Below, in pieces: positions 10,637 through 20,728 of a stretch of DNA of 64,000 nucleotides. The DNA comes from Thecamonas trahens ATCC 50062. Its lineage: Eukaryota; Protista; Apusomonadida. The notes beneath the pieces were generated by a model. That model did not search any database. It was not told the origin of the DNA and worked only from the letters and a program-made list of their open reading frames with translations. Positions within the stretch are counted from its first letter, which is position 1. Each line of letters begins with the position of its first letter. Location: NCBI RefSeq assembly GCF_000142905.1, contig NW_013657672.1:62001-126000 (forward strand). The letters run 5' to 3'. The position numbers were made by a program, and so were the translations under genes.

Positions 10637-10881
10637 GGCCCACTTGTGGCAGTAGAGAGTGGCTTCGACGGGGAAGGTGGGTTGGGGGTGAGGTGGGTGT
10701 TGAAGGGGAGGGAAGGAGAGGGGGGGGGGGAGGGGGGGGGGGGGGGGCGGGGAGGGCGGAAGGATCGATGCGACAACATCACCCCGCCGTCCTCAAGCAC
10801 ACGTTCCAGAGCAAGCTCATGTCGTGTCTATGGGGTGGTGTGTCGAGTGGAATTGTTGCTCTTTTGGTTTACCTCTCCCCT

Positions 10882-11897
10882 TCAGGCAGTGAGGACGCAG
10901 GCGCCGCCAGCCTCGAGGATCTTGGCCTCGGCCTTGCGCGAGAAGAACTTGGCCTTGACGATGAGCGGGATGGAGATCTGACCGCGGCCGAGGACCTTGA
11001 AGAAGCCCTTGTTACCGACGTCAAGGACGGGGACCTTGGAGGCATCGGCCTTGACGGCCTCCTTGATCGAGGCCGGGACGAGCGCGGCGAGCTTGTCAAG
11101 GTTGACAGTCGGGCAGTAGTGGGCGTTCTTGTTGTAGTGGAACTGGCGCATACCGACCTTACCGAAGTAACCGGGGTGGAACTTGTCAAAGTTGGTGCGG
11201 TGATGGTGCTGGCCACCGGCGTTACCGCGGCCAGACGGGTGCTTGCGGTGCTTGCCCACACGACCGTGACCGGCCGACACGTGGCCGCGCTTCTTACGGT
11301 TCTTCTTCAGAGTGGTCGTCTACTCACAGCAAGTCACGGGAGAAAAAGCAGAACAAGGCCACCATGTCCACAACGTGAGTCTCATCGCCATCACCTCCTC
11401 CCTTGTCCACCCCTCACAAGCCTGCTTGAGAGAGCCAGGCGCGCTCACATGCTCCCCGCCACCACCGCCGACCAGAACCTTGGATCCCATCCGGCAGCTT
11501 CTGATCGGACACGGGACGGCAGGCCACGGCCACGCTCTACACACCCATGCAGGGGAGCAGCAACTCGCTCTCCTTGCAGTAGTGTGTGAAGCATGGCTCA
11601 GCAGCATGGCTATGGCGTTGCCGAAGCACACCCCGCCCGCTGGGCCACTGCTGGTGGAGGCGTAGCGAGTGTGTCGGACCAAAAATAAGCGCCCGGCCCC
11701 AAGCATCACCGCTGCCGCCCAGAGTGCGCACAGGAGGCTACAGGGCAGCCACCGGCACAACGCCCCCGGGCAAGCGCATAGAGGGTGTGTAGATGTGGTC
11801 TATGCGCGTTTCGCCGTCGGGTTGTCGTCCTCGCAACGTCTGGCGGGCTGGCCAAGGTCGCACCTTGGTCGAGCCGTCAAACAAATATTCGTACCAT
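10882..11897 (-). CDS. RPL27A: 60S ribosomal protein L27a (uL15); exons 11895-11897 (ATG only) and 10882-11319
   Basis: [32 protein letters not shown]...[11 protein letters not shown]. Acceptor TAG lies at 11320-11322; the best donor is ATG|GTACGA at 11894. An alternative ATG|GTGGCC at 11363-11365 is weaker. Confidence 0.95.
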
Positions 11898-12097
11898 TGT
11901 GTGGAGTGGTGTGTTGCTGTGCTAAATCCCCAACACTTTTGCCACACGCTCCCAGCCTCACTCGGCCGACCCGCCGCCACTCGTTCGGCCGAGTTGGCCG
12001 CGGCTGGCCGGCCGGCCGGCGGGTGGCGGGCGCAGTGTCTGAATTCGAGTGTTCGAACACAGTTCGGTCAGCATACAATGGACATGTTACATCGAGA

Positions 12098-13795
12098 CTA
12101 CGAGTCAGTGCCGAGGACAGACATGAGGGCCGAGACCTGCGACTGCAGAACGGCGAGCTTGGACATGGCGTTCTCGCGCGAGGCGGCGTCGGTCTTGAGG
12201 TCGGTGACCTGCAGCGGGAGATCCATGTTCCCGAGCTGCTCCAGAGCCTTGGCGCGGGCCTCAGCCTGCTCGGCGGCCTTGGCGGCCTTGGCCTTGGCGG
12301 CGGCCTTGGCGGCGGCCTTGGCCTTGATCTTGGCCTTGAGCTTGGCCTTGGCGCGGGCCTTGGCCTTGGCACGTGCAAGCTTGGCCTTGGCTTTTGCGCG
12401 CTTCTTGGCCGAGTCTGTGAGCTTGTGGCCGCCGGACGAGGCCATCGACATGGAGAGCGAGGAAGAGCAGGTCGAGAGGTCGAGCAGCGAGATCGATGAC
12501 GAGTCGACCGACGACGTGTCTGCCCCGGTCGCGGTCTGGGTCGTTGTGTCGAGCTCGTCAAGGTCGTCGTAGGCGCCAGTGCCCGCAGCAGCAGCCGGCG
12601 CTGGCTTGGACGCCGTCTTCTTGGTCGTTCGCCGGCCTCCTGTCCGCGACTTGGTCCGGACCGAGCCGCCAAACACCGACGGCGTTCGCAAGTTGAGCGA
12701 GTCAAACGTGGGAGCCTTGGCTGTCGACGCCGACACGGTAGCACCGCGCATTCGCATCCGGCGCGCGGTCGACGGCGGCGCCCGCTTCTTGCGCGAGTAT
12801 GTGGCCGGCGTCTTGAGCCCGCCGGGCCCACCGGACTTGCCGAACACCTCCAGCAGGCGCGAGGCAAGCGGCGAGTCGTGCCCGGCGTCGTCGGCGCCGC
12901 CGGTCCCGCCCCCTGCTCCGCTGACCTCCTGCAGCGGCAGCCGCCGCCGCTTGCCGCTCCGCGACGACCGGACGGTCGTCACCGGCCGCGACAAGCTCTC
13001 CACAAGCTCGCTTATGCCCTCGTCGGCGACTGCTCGAACCGAGCCGCCGTACTCGCTCTCGAACGACTCCATCGACATGCTGCGGACCTTGGCCGGAATC
13101 TTCATCAGCTCCACTGTAAGCGCAGAACGGATCGCCATGACAAGCGCGTCGGTCGATGCCCGCATCGCCTCGACCCGCGCCTGCACCTCCACGTCAAACT
13201 CAGCGAGCAGTGCGTCCTTCTTTGACAGCCCACCATCGTCGCCGGGCGTCTTCGGCGCCGCCGTGCCCTCAGCTGCTTTTGCAGCAGCGCCTCCTGCCTC
13301 GGGCGATGCTTGCGACTTTCCGGACCTTGTCGAGCTCCGCGTCGCTCGCTTTGCCTGCGATGCCCGCTTTGTCCGCTTCCGCACCGGCTCTGCCTCTTCC
13401 GACTCGCCGGCACTAGCGCCAGCGCTCTCTCCCTCGGCTGCATCCGACTTGCGTCCTCGACTCCGTGCCGACCGCTTCGACGTCGACCGGCTCGACCGGC
13501 TCGATCGCCCACGCTTGCGCGACTCTTCAACAGCCTCGGTCTTAGCCTCTGCCTTGGCGCTGCCCTTCTTCACCTTGGCGCTGCCCTTCTTCGCCTTGGC
13601 GCTGCCCTTCTTCGCCTTGGCGCTTCCCTTCTTCGCCTTGGCGCTTCCCTTCTTCGCCTTGGCACTATCCTTCTTCCCCGATCCGCGCCGTGTAGTACGG
13701 CTGGCGCGCTTGGCCGGTGAGGCTGGCGGGGTTGGCGACGCCGCTCGGACGGCGGCCCGAGTCCGCGCCCGCGTCGACCGGCGGGTGGCGACCAT
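12098..13795 (-). CDS. CDCA8: Borealin/Nbl1-like chromosomal passenger protein with basic low-complexity extensions
   Basis: KKDALLAEFDVEVQARVEAMR...ELMKIPAKVRSMSMESF resembles the Nbl1/Borealin N-terminal helix domain. Confidence 0.7.
   Translation of the reverse strand: MVATRRSTRARTRAAVRAASPTPPASPAKRASRTTRRGSGKKDSAKAKKGSAKAKKGSAKAKKGSAKAKKGSAKVKKGSAKAEAKTEAVEESRKRGRSSRSSRSTSKRSARSRGRKSDAAEGESAGASAGESEEAEPVRKRTKRASQAKRATRSSTRSGKSQASPEAGGAAAKAAEGTAAPKTPGDDGGLSKKDALLAEFDVEVQARVEAMRASTDALVMAIRSALTVELMKIPAKVRSMSMESFESEYGGSVRAVADEGISELVESLSRPVTTVRSSRSGKRRRLPLQEVSGAGGGTGGADDAGHDSPLASRLLEVFGKSGGPGGLKTPATYSRKKRAPPSTARRMRMRGATVSASTAKAPTFDSLNLRTPSVFGGSVRTKSRTGGRRTTKKTASKPAPAAAAGTGAYDDLDELDTTTQTATGADTSSVDSSSISLLDLSTCSSSLSMSMASSGGHKLTDSAKKRAKAKAKLARAKAKARAKAKLKAKIKAKAAAKAAAKAKAAKAAEQAEARAKALEQLGNMDLPLQVTDLKTDAASRENAMSKLAVLQSQVSALMSVLGTDS
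13551..13670 (-). repeat. Coding 21-bp tandem repeat encoding (S)AKAKKG, 5-6 copies
   Basis: GCCTTGGCGCTGCCCTTCTTC-like units on the + strand. Confidence 0.9.
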
Positions 13796-13996
13796 GGCAA
13801 AGACGCTGGCCTCCTCCTACGTGAAGCAGAGCTGGATCGTGCGCAGCGAGAGTCAGCAATTCAGTAGCTACCAACCACCGGTTGCAAGCCCCCGAGCTGT
13901 GTCTAGTCAAGTACCAGCACGCTGCTTGCCCTTCTTCTCCGCACCCGCCTCGCCTCGCTGCGCCGCTCCAGGCGCCAACTTGCCAGCCGGTTCGGT

Positions 13997-14042
13997 TTCA
14001 AGTGACCGCAAATTTTCAAGACTTTTACGACCTTTTCCCGCC
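13997..14042. promoter_or_regulatory. Bidirectional promoter (borealin / CLASP_N gene) with two CHR-like CTTGAA motifs (- strand) and an E2F consensus TTTCCCGC
   Basis: TTCAAG at 13997-14002 and 14015-14020; TTTCCCGC at 14034-14041. Confidence 0.45.
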
Positions 14043-14235
14043 GCGCGGTCGAAAACGGCTGCTGATCAGCGACAACGCCGTTGGGCGGTGCGAAGGTTCC
14101 GGACGACGACCGATGCAGACGAGGCATAGACAAGACGAACCATCTCACTCGTTCCTCTCATAGAGATCGTCTGTTGTCCCCGTACACCATCTCCAAGGTC
14201 GCTCCATTCCCATCCCCATTCACACCCTTCCAACC

Positions 14236-16155
14236 ATGTCCAAGTGGCTCTCCAAGTCGGAGCTGGACAAGCTCGGCGCGGCGGCCGAGACCGCCGGTCA
14301 GGGCGAGGCCGAGGAAACGTTTGCGGTGAGCTTTGACGTTGCCTCGGCAAGCGCCAACTCGCTTGCCCGTGATCTTACCGACGCAGGATCGGTCCTCTCT
14401 GCGCTGACCAACGATTGGACCAAGCGCGTCCTTGCCCTCCAGTTTGTGGCTGCCGTCGCCCGTGCACCGGGCATCTTTGACGCACAACACCTCCACGCGC
14501 TCGAGGCCATCACCTCCGTCCGCAAGGCCGTGGCCGATCAATGCAAGGATCTCCGGTCCAAGGTGCCCAAGGAGGCCACGGCTGCCATTCTCGCCATGGT
14601 CCGCGGCATGATGGCTGCAGACTCGTTGACCATCTCCACCGCTATTGCCACCACCGACTTCTTTGTTCCCCATCTTGTCGCCATGCACACCGCCTCCAAG
14701 ACTGCCCTCCGCCTCCCGGGCACCGAGACGCTTGCTGAGCTTGTTGCCACCGGCACCGTTGGCTCATCGCTCGCCCACATTGCAGAGAACGTGAGCCACA
14801 AGTCGACCAACGTCCGCCTCGCCTGCACCACCTCGATCGCCGGCATGGCCGCGGCAGCCAAGGCATCCACCGGCATTGCCGCCGACTCGCTCGCCTCGAG
14901 CCAAGCTGTTGTTGAGACTGCCATCAAGACTGCACTCGGCGATGCCGCACCCGACGTCCGCACCGCCGCAAAGGCCGCCGCCCTCGCATACATCGACGCC
15001 TTGCCGGCCGCCAAAGAATCGTTCATGGCGAGCCTCGACCCGACGTCGCGCAAGCGGCTCGAAAAGGCGCTTGGCGGCGGGAGCTCGCAACCGCCGTCGC
15101 GTCGCGGACATCGCGGGCCGCCACGCCAGCGCCCGCGCCCCGGTGCCGCCGCGCTCAAGCGCAAGCGCCCGCTGCGCCGCCCAGTCAAGTCCGCCGCTAA
15201 GGAGATCGAGATTGAGATCTTTGTTGCGCCGCCGCCGCCCAAGACTGCACCCGCGCCATCGGAGGCCTCAGTCGACTCGGTCGAGTCAGCAGTCGACGCG
15301 CCGGCACCCAAGAAGCGCAAGTCGCTCGGCGCCCCGCGCCGCCAGCTTGCGCCTGCCACCGGCTCGCCGACGCCGCAGCCTGCCACTGAGCCGCAGCCGA
15401 TGGAACTCTCATCGCCGCAGGTGGCAGCCAAGGCGCGGCGCGCCCGCCGCTCCCTTGGTGCCCCGCGCCGAGTCTCTGGCGCCGCCGACATGGTCCTCGC
15501 CTCGCCGCCGCAAGCCTCGCCGGCCGCAGCCGGCGCTCCGAAGGAGACGTCGGCACGCCCACAGCGCGAGGCGTTCAAGCCGAGCCAAGGTCCATCGCGG
15601 CGTATGTCGCTGCTCACTGGTGGCGCCCGGCGCGCTCCGGTCCGCCGCAAGCCCAGCGGCGGCGAGGCTCCGCGCCGATCGCGGGCCTCGCTCTCGGGCG
15701 GCGGCATGTCGGCCGCCCGGCGGATCCGCCGCCGCCCGGCGCCGGCCACACCGGCTGCCGCTGCTGCCGCTGTCACTGCCCTCGCCGCCGTCTCCGAGGC
15801 TGCCAAGGAGAACGCAAGCCCGGAGCGGGTCCTTTCCTCGACCAATGTGCTCGTGGAGAGGTCATCTTCGGCGGTGAAGAAGCCGCTGGCGCCTGTGGAG
15901 CCGGCGCAAGCGCCCGCCCCGCAACCGGCTGCGCCCAAGACACCCAAGACGCCCAAGGCCAAGCGGCGGCCGTTTACCGTTCTCAACTCGCCGTCGCTCG
16001 ACTCGCGGGCTTTCAATCTGCTTCGGACGCTGGCGTCGGCAACGCGCGACACCTGCGCGTCGGTCCTCGACAGCATTGCGGCAGCGGCGACGCCGGTCAA
16101 GTACGCGCCGGTCACGCCCGGGCCGGCAGCACACGCCCGGCCGCACGACTCATGA
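14236..16155 (+). CDS. CLASP_N (single TOG-like HEAT domain) protein with a long basic Ser/Pro/Arg-rich tail
   Basis: DWTKRVLALQ, DLRSKVPKEA and GDAAPDVRTAAK match the CLASP TOG2/Stu1-type domain. Confidence 0.8.
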   Translation: MSKWLSKSELDKLGAAAETAGQGEAEETFAVSFDVASASANSLARDLTDAGSVLSALTNDWTKRVLALQFVAAVARAPGIFDAQHLHALEAITSVRKAVADQCKDLRSKVPKEATAAILAMVRGMMAADSLTISTAIATTDFFVPHLVAMHTASKTALRLPGTETLAELVATGTVGSSLAHIAENVSHKSTNVRLACTTSIAGMAAAAKASTGIAADSLASSQAVVETAIKTALGDAAPDVRTAAKAAALAYIDALPAAKESFMASLDPTSRKRLEKALGGGSSQPPSRRGHRGPPRQRPRPGAAALKRKRPLRRPVKSAAKEIEIEIFVAPPPPKTAPAPSEASVDSVESAVDAPAPKKRKSLGAPRRQLAPATGSPTPQPATEPQPMELSSPQVAAKARRARRSLGAPRRVSGAADMVLASPPQASPAAAGAPKETSARPQREAFKPSQGPSRRMSLLTGGARRAPVRRKPSGGEAPRRSRASLSGGGMSAARRIRRRPAPATPAAAAAAVTALAAVSEAAKENASPERVLSSTNVLVERSSSAVKKPLAPVEPAQAPAPQPAAPKTPKTPKAKRRPFTVLNSPSLDSRAFNLLRTLASATRDTCASVLDSIAAAATPVKYAPVTPGPAAHARPHDS

Positions 16156-16234
16156 GACCAGCCGGCCTCCCCTCCATCCTAAATGTATCTTGCGCTCGAC
16201 GAGGAGCCAAAGAAAGAAATCCACGCTTGAACAA

Positions 16235-17197
16235 CTAGACATCGCCGCAGTCCGAGTCCTCGGCAGCGTCAAGGACACAGTCGAGAGACGCCTTGGCGAG
16301 CTCGTACAGCTCCCACCCGACGGCCATGCCGATGGCGACCCGGGCGGTGCCCCAGCCAACGCGGAAGCGGTCGAGCATGAAGCGGAGCGGGGTCGGCGAC
16401 GCCGCCATCTCACGGGCGAGGGATGTGAGGACGGCGGCAATGGTGGGCGAGCGGCGGTCAAAGCGGGCGGCGTACTTCATGTTGCGTACAAAGTTGAGCG
16501 GCGCCGAGGCCAATGTCGCCGTCGCCGCCGCCACCATGGAACTCACAAACGAGGTCGCCGAGCCAGCGCCGAGTGGGCGGAGAAGATCGTCGACGGGCGC
16601 GGAAAGAACGAGTCGGAGCGAGGCAAAGATGCCGCCGAACATGATGTCGCGGAGGACGGTGGTGCCAAGGCCGCGGAAGAGCGGGCGGAGCGAGCCGCCG
16701 CGGGCACGGACCATCGCCCGCGCAGTGCGGAAAAAGTTGTCCGGATTCTCCTTGCCCCAGTTGTGGTATTTGACGACAGAGATCGAGTTGAGAATGGCGC
16801 CGTTGCCCGCGCCAGCCAGATTGGCGGCGGCAAATATCTCCAGCGGCATCGCCTGCGACGTCACCGTCCGCCGCACCTCGCGCGACTGGGTGGCCAGGTC
16901 CAGCTCTAGCCGCCGTGCCACCAGCTGTGCCAAGATCCAGTCGTTGAGAATGAACCACGACGAGCCCGAGAGCGTCCGCTGGACCACCGCAGAGGTAAAG
17001 CCCTGGAACGGCTGCAGCCAGTTGCCGCGATGGATAAACGGCGTCCGGTCCTTGACCGACAGGTACAGCGCACGGTCCCACGGATTGAACAGCCCTGCAA
17101 CCGTCACGCCCGAGGCCAGGCCGGCCAGCAGCGGCACGGTCCACACCCTGTTCGCCGCCAGCCACCGCGCCGTGGGCTCCATCGACGCCGGAACCAT
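16235..17197 (-). CDS. Mitochondrial carrier (SLC25) family protein; start uncertain (ORF extends to 17566)
   Basis: Three-repeat layout: LLAGLASGV..NPWDRALY, LFRGLGTTVLRDI, ATLASAPLNFVRN, GWGTARVA. Confidence 0.8.
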   Translation of the reverse strand: MVPASMEPTARWLAANRVWTVPLLAGLASGVTVAGLFNPWDRALYLSVKDRTPFIHRGNWLQPFQGFTSAVVQRTLSGSSWFILNDWILAQLVARRLELDLATQSREVRRTVTSQAMPLEIFAAANLAGAGNGAILNSISVVKYHNWGKENPDNFFRTARAMVRARGGSLRPLFRGLGTTVLRDIMFGGIFASLRLVLSAPVDDLLRPLGAGSATSFVSSMVAAATATLASAPLNFVRNMKYAARFDRRSPTIAAVLTSLAREMAASPTPLRFMLDRFRVGWGTARVAIGMAVGWELYELAKASLDCVLDAAEDSDCGDV

Positions 17198-17593
17198 CAC
17201 AATCTCAGGCTCGGCCACTTGCCCAATCCACACCCTCCTCCTCCTTCCATCGGTGTGCCCCTCATCACCGGCCCATGACCGGGCTCCATTACGTGGGCTG
17301 CACGCCGGCAAAGCCCAATATCGTCCCGCGCAGCTGCTCTCATTCTCCATCTCGTTGCTGTCGCGATGAGTGCTGTCGCGCCGACGCAGGCGGCTACGCC
17401 GACTCAGGCCAACATGGCAACCTAACAATTGCAGGTCGTCTTGGCCTCCGCCACAACCACAACCATAGCCGCAACCAAAATCAAAGCCACCATCACAGCT
17501 ACCATCATCACGACGTGGTGCGAGTTGATGACCGCGCGGCAGCAGAGAGTACGCGGTACGAAACATAGCTCACAGGCTCTCTCGCTCCCAACC

Positions 17594-17730
17594 CTCTGTC
17601 TCCAGCTCTGTTCCTGTCTCCAGCTCTGTCCCTGTCCCCAGCTCTGTCCGTCTTCCCTGTCCCCTGCCTCCGACTCGGCTCGGTCTCCCGACTCGGCTCG
17701 GTCTCCCGACTCGGCTCGGTCTCCCGACTC
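17594..17730. repeat. Short 18-bp tandem repeats (CTCGGCTCGGTCTCCCGA x3; CAGCTCTGTYCCTGTCYC x3)
   Basis: Direct inspection; intergenic low-complexity region. Confidence 0.8.
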
Positions 17731-18076
17731 AGCTCCTTGCCTGCCTTGGAGTGGGAAGGGTGACGGAAGAGATACAGCAGCTGATTGCCTTGCTCTTGCT
17801 CTTGCTCTTCTTGCCTCGTCCTTGTACCTGTGGCTGTGCTCGTGCTCTTGGCTGCTGTCCTGTCCAGCCTCTCCTCCACTTTCTCCTCCAGTGCTCGCTT
17901 GGCCCACGTGGCGGTTCGCGTCACGCGAACCGGAGTTGAGTCCGTTGACGAGTCACAGAGGCCGGGCCAGCAGAGCCACAGGCCACATGACACAGGCCTC
18001 TCACTCTACCATCACCCTGGTCTTAACAACACCCATCAGTTTATCTCTCATCACCAGCATGATGGCACCCGCACCC

Positions 18077-18136
18077 GCATCAGCATCAGCATCAGCATCA
18101 GCATCAGCATCAGCATCAGCATCAGCATCAGCATCA
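18077..18136. repeat. (GCATCA)10 microsatellite just downstream of the HSF stop codon
   Basis: Direct inspection. Confidence 0.95.
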
Positions 18137-18143
18137 GCCAACG

Positions 18144-19671
18144 TCAGCGCGGCGTCTCGAGCATGCCCGAGTACGCCTTACTGCCCGGGGCAGGGTCGTT
18201 AAACTTGAAGACTTCGGCCTGGACGCCGCCGAGCGGCGTGTCAGCCACCCCGTCGAGCGGGTTGGATGCCGACGAAGTGGCTGCCTCGGCGAGCGTTTGC
18301 ATCGACGGCGAGAACGCCATGTTTGGATCCTTGGGCGTGAGGCCGGTCGACGGGAGCTTGCCGGCAAAAGGCATGGGCGGCGCGACGGCGATAGCGGGAA
18401 CGTTGACCGAGAGGTTCTTGCGCCGCTTGGCTGCTGGCAGCTTCGAGCCACCCTCCAGCGGGCGAGTCGAGCCGACCGGATGCCCCAGGGCTGGCTGGGA
18501 AGGTGCCGAAGACACAATGCCCTGCTGAGTTCCGTCAAACGGCATGTGCCGTTGTATAATGCTTGTCAGGAACGTGACTTGGTTGTGAAGCATGTGCAGC
18601 GTTTGCGACATCGACCGCTGGTTACTGTGGATTCGGATGTGTGACTGCTCGATCCGATGCACCCGCTCCGGCAGCGGCTGGGTTGGGTCGATGAGGACCT
18701 GGTCGGTTCCCGGCGAGCCCGAGAACGGAGAGTAGTTGGCCGACGCCCCACCTGGCGACGAGCCTGGCGACGGCGAGGCCAAGGAGCTTGCCACTCCGCT
18801 GTTGCCTCCCTTGCCACCCTTGCCGCCCTTCCCACGCCCGGTCCTGGCCACCGACCGCGCCGCCACCGCCGTCTTGGCCACCGACGCCGGCGCTGAACCC
18901 GTTCTGGACGCCGATGTCGATGCTGACCGCGACCGCGTCGAGTTCCGCGACGTCTTTTGCAGCACCGGATTGGTGCTGATGCCTTTGGCAGCCAGCTCGG
19001 CCTGGGTCTTCTTCACCGACTTGCGCTCGATGCGAGCGAGCGACTCCTCGTCGTTCTCCCGAAAGAACTCATGGGCAAACTCCCAATGATTAGGATCGCC
19101 CAGTTTGCGGAAGCCATACATGTTGAGCTGTCTGATAAACGAGGAAAAGTTGTTGTGCTTAAAGTACTTTCCCAGCACTTCCTCCTGCAACGCATCCGTA
19201 TCCTCCACCAAGAACGCCATGCCGTCCTTGCACCAATGGATGATCTGTCTCAACTACCTGTGTAAGTCCGTCTTCTGCACCCACTACACCTCCACACGTG
19301 TACATACCCTCTCCACACATCCATTGCACTCCAGTTCCCCCTTGCCCATCTCTGTCACCCATCCCTTTCCACAATGCGTGGGGCGAGGGGGGGGGGGGGG
19401 TTGAGGCAGGCGGACAGGACGAGTCAAAAATCGATCATTGGCACACCCGACAACCATATAGGCATGGCCAAGGGGGGGGAGGGCAGGGAGGGCAAGGTGT
19501 CTGGCCAGGTACAGTCACTGAGAGTGGCCATACTGAAGGGGGGGGGTTGGGGGAAGGGCAGATATATGGCTCACTTGTAGTGGGCTTGTCTTGACTGCGT
19601 ACATGGTCCCACTCCTTCTCCTGCACCATAGCAAAGGTCTTGGTCAGGAAGCCCGCAATGCGTCCCGACAT
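18144..19671 (-). CDS. HSF: Heat-shock-factor-type transcription factor; exons 19603-19671 and 18144-19244 (~389 aa)
   Basis: AGFLTKTFAMV..WDH|IIHW..G.AF...YFKHNNFSSFIRQLNMYGFRK. The GTACGC...CAG intron is phase 0. A short coiled coil follows. Confidence 0.92.
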
Positions 19672-19785
19672 GCTCTGCTTCCTCACAGAGGGAGGAGTGG
19701 GAAGTGTGGAAGTGGCCGAGGGAGAAATGAGTCGGCATCACGCTTCCAGAGAGTAACCATAAATACATGCGAATGAACGGGGTTT

Positions 19786-20600
19786 TTCAATCCGTTACCG
19801 TATGGAATGGACAAATTTGTCCATCGGGCGCAAGCCGCGCTCCGGCGACGCTCCACAGACATCGCAACGTCCATCAATTGCGGTGTAAGAGTAGTAGTAC
19901 AATGTGTTAATGGCTGCTGTGGCCACTAGTGGGCCACAACAGAAAACAGTCGGCGATGCAGAGATGGACGCTGCGCGCGGCGCAAAGGGGCCGCCTTTGC
20001 GGCCGCGATCGCTTACCATGAAGCCTCCGGGCAGGCGAGGCAGTCGCGTCGCAGAGCGGCTCGCTGGGGAATAGTGGTGATGACGAGCAGCTGCTGCAGA
20101 GGGTCGCTCCTGCTTGCGCGACAGTGCAGAGCTGACGGCATCGGCGCTGGCGGCGAGGGCGTCGATGATGTCGTAGATAAAAGCCACGCGAGTCGTGGCG
20201 GGGCGTGGGCTCGTGTCAGCGGAGAGCACGTAAGCAGCGTCCAGAATCCAGTACACGATGGCGTGCCACCACTTGCGCGGCCACGCCGACCGGCAAGCTC
20301 GTCCGTCACAAGAATATCCACAACATCCTCGCGCTCTCCCGTCCGGCCGATGTGTTCAACTCTGGCATGTTCTCCTTCCCGGTCGTCGGGGGTGCTCTGG
20401 ATCGCTGGAGCTCGTGGAGGCTGGTCTGGTTCATCCGGCGAGGCCGATGCCACTCGCTCTGGCTGGTGCTTGGTCCGGGGACGACGGATCAGCGTCAAGT
20501 GGAGATGACTGGCCAGTACGTGTTGCTTCAGCTGGCTACGGTCCGGCCTTTCTGCGTCCGAGCTTGCGCGACTCGACCTGGTGGGCGCTCCCATGGACGA
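19786..20600 (-). mobile_element. Second, degraded piggyBac-like remnant related to the element at 1816-2275
   Basis: 20165-20302 is a reverse-complement homologue of 2061-2210 (WPRKWWHAIVYWILDAA...TRVAFIYDII). A CDVC Cys-rich remnant lies near 19850-19870. The 19786-19803 end resembles the terminus of copy 1. Boundaries are approximate. Confidence 0.65.
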
Positions 20601-20728
20601 GTCACTGACGACTCAGTGTGCTCACCGGTGACACTCACTCGCAATCAAGACCAAGGCCAAGCCACAACCACAACCACACAACTCGTCTCCTCCTCCCTCT
20701 CCTTCCTTCCACCACAAGAGGGGCGGGA

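Noticed and set aside
11600-11770. SRP RNA, U snRNA, TPP riboswitch or C/D snoRNA in the RPL27A intron
   Set aside because: Only fragmentary resemblance (GGTGGC..CCTGTAG; TGATGC/CTGA). Diagnostic motifs such as SRP helix 8, U1/U2/U5 signatures and the TPP core were not found.
17422-18202. ORFs 17429-18202, 17508-17993 and 17422-17907 as genes
   Set aside because: They stay open because of stop-free simple repeats and show no domain signal.
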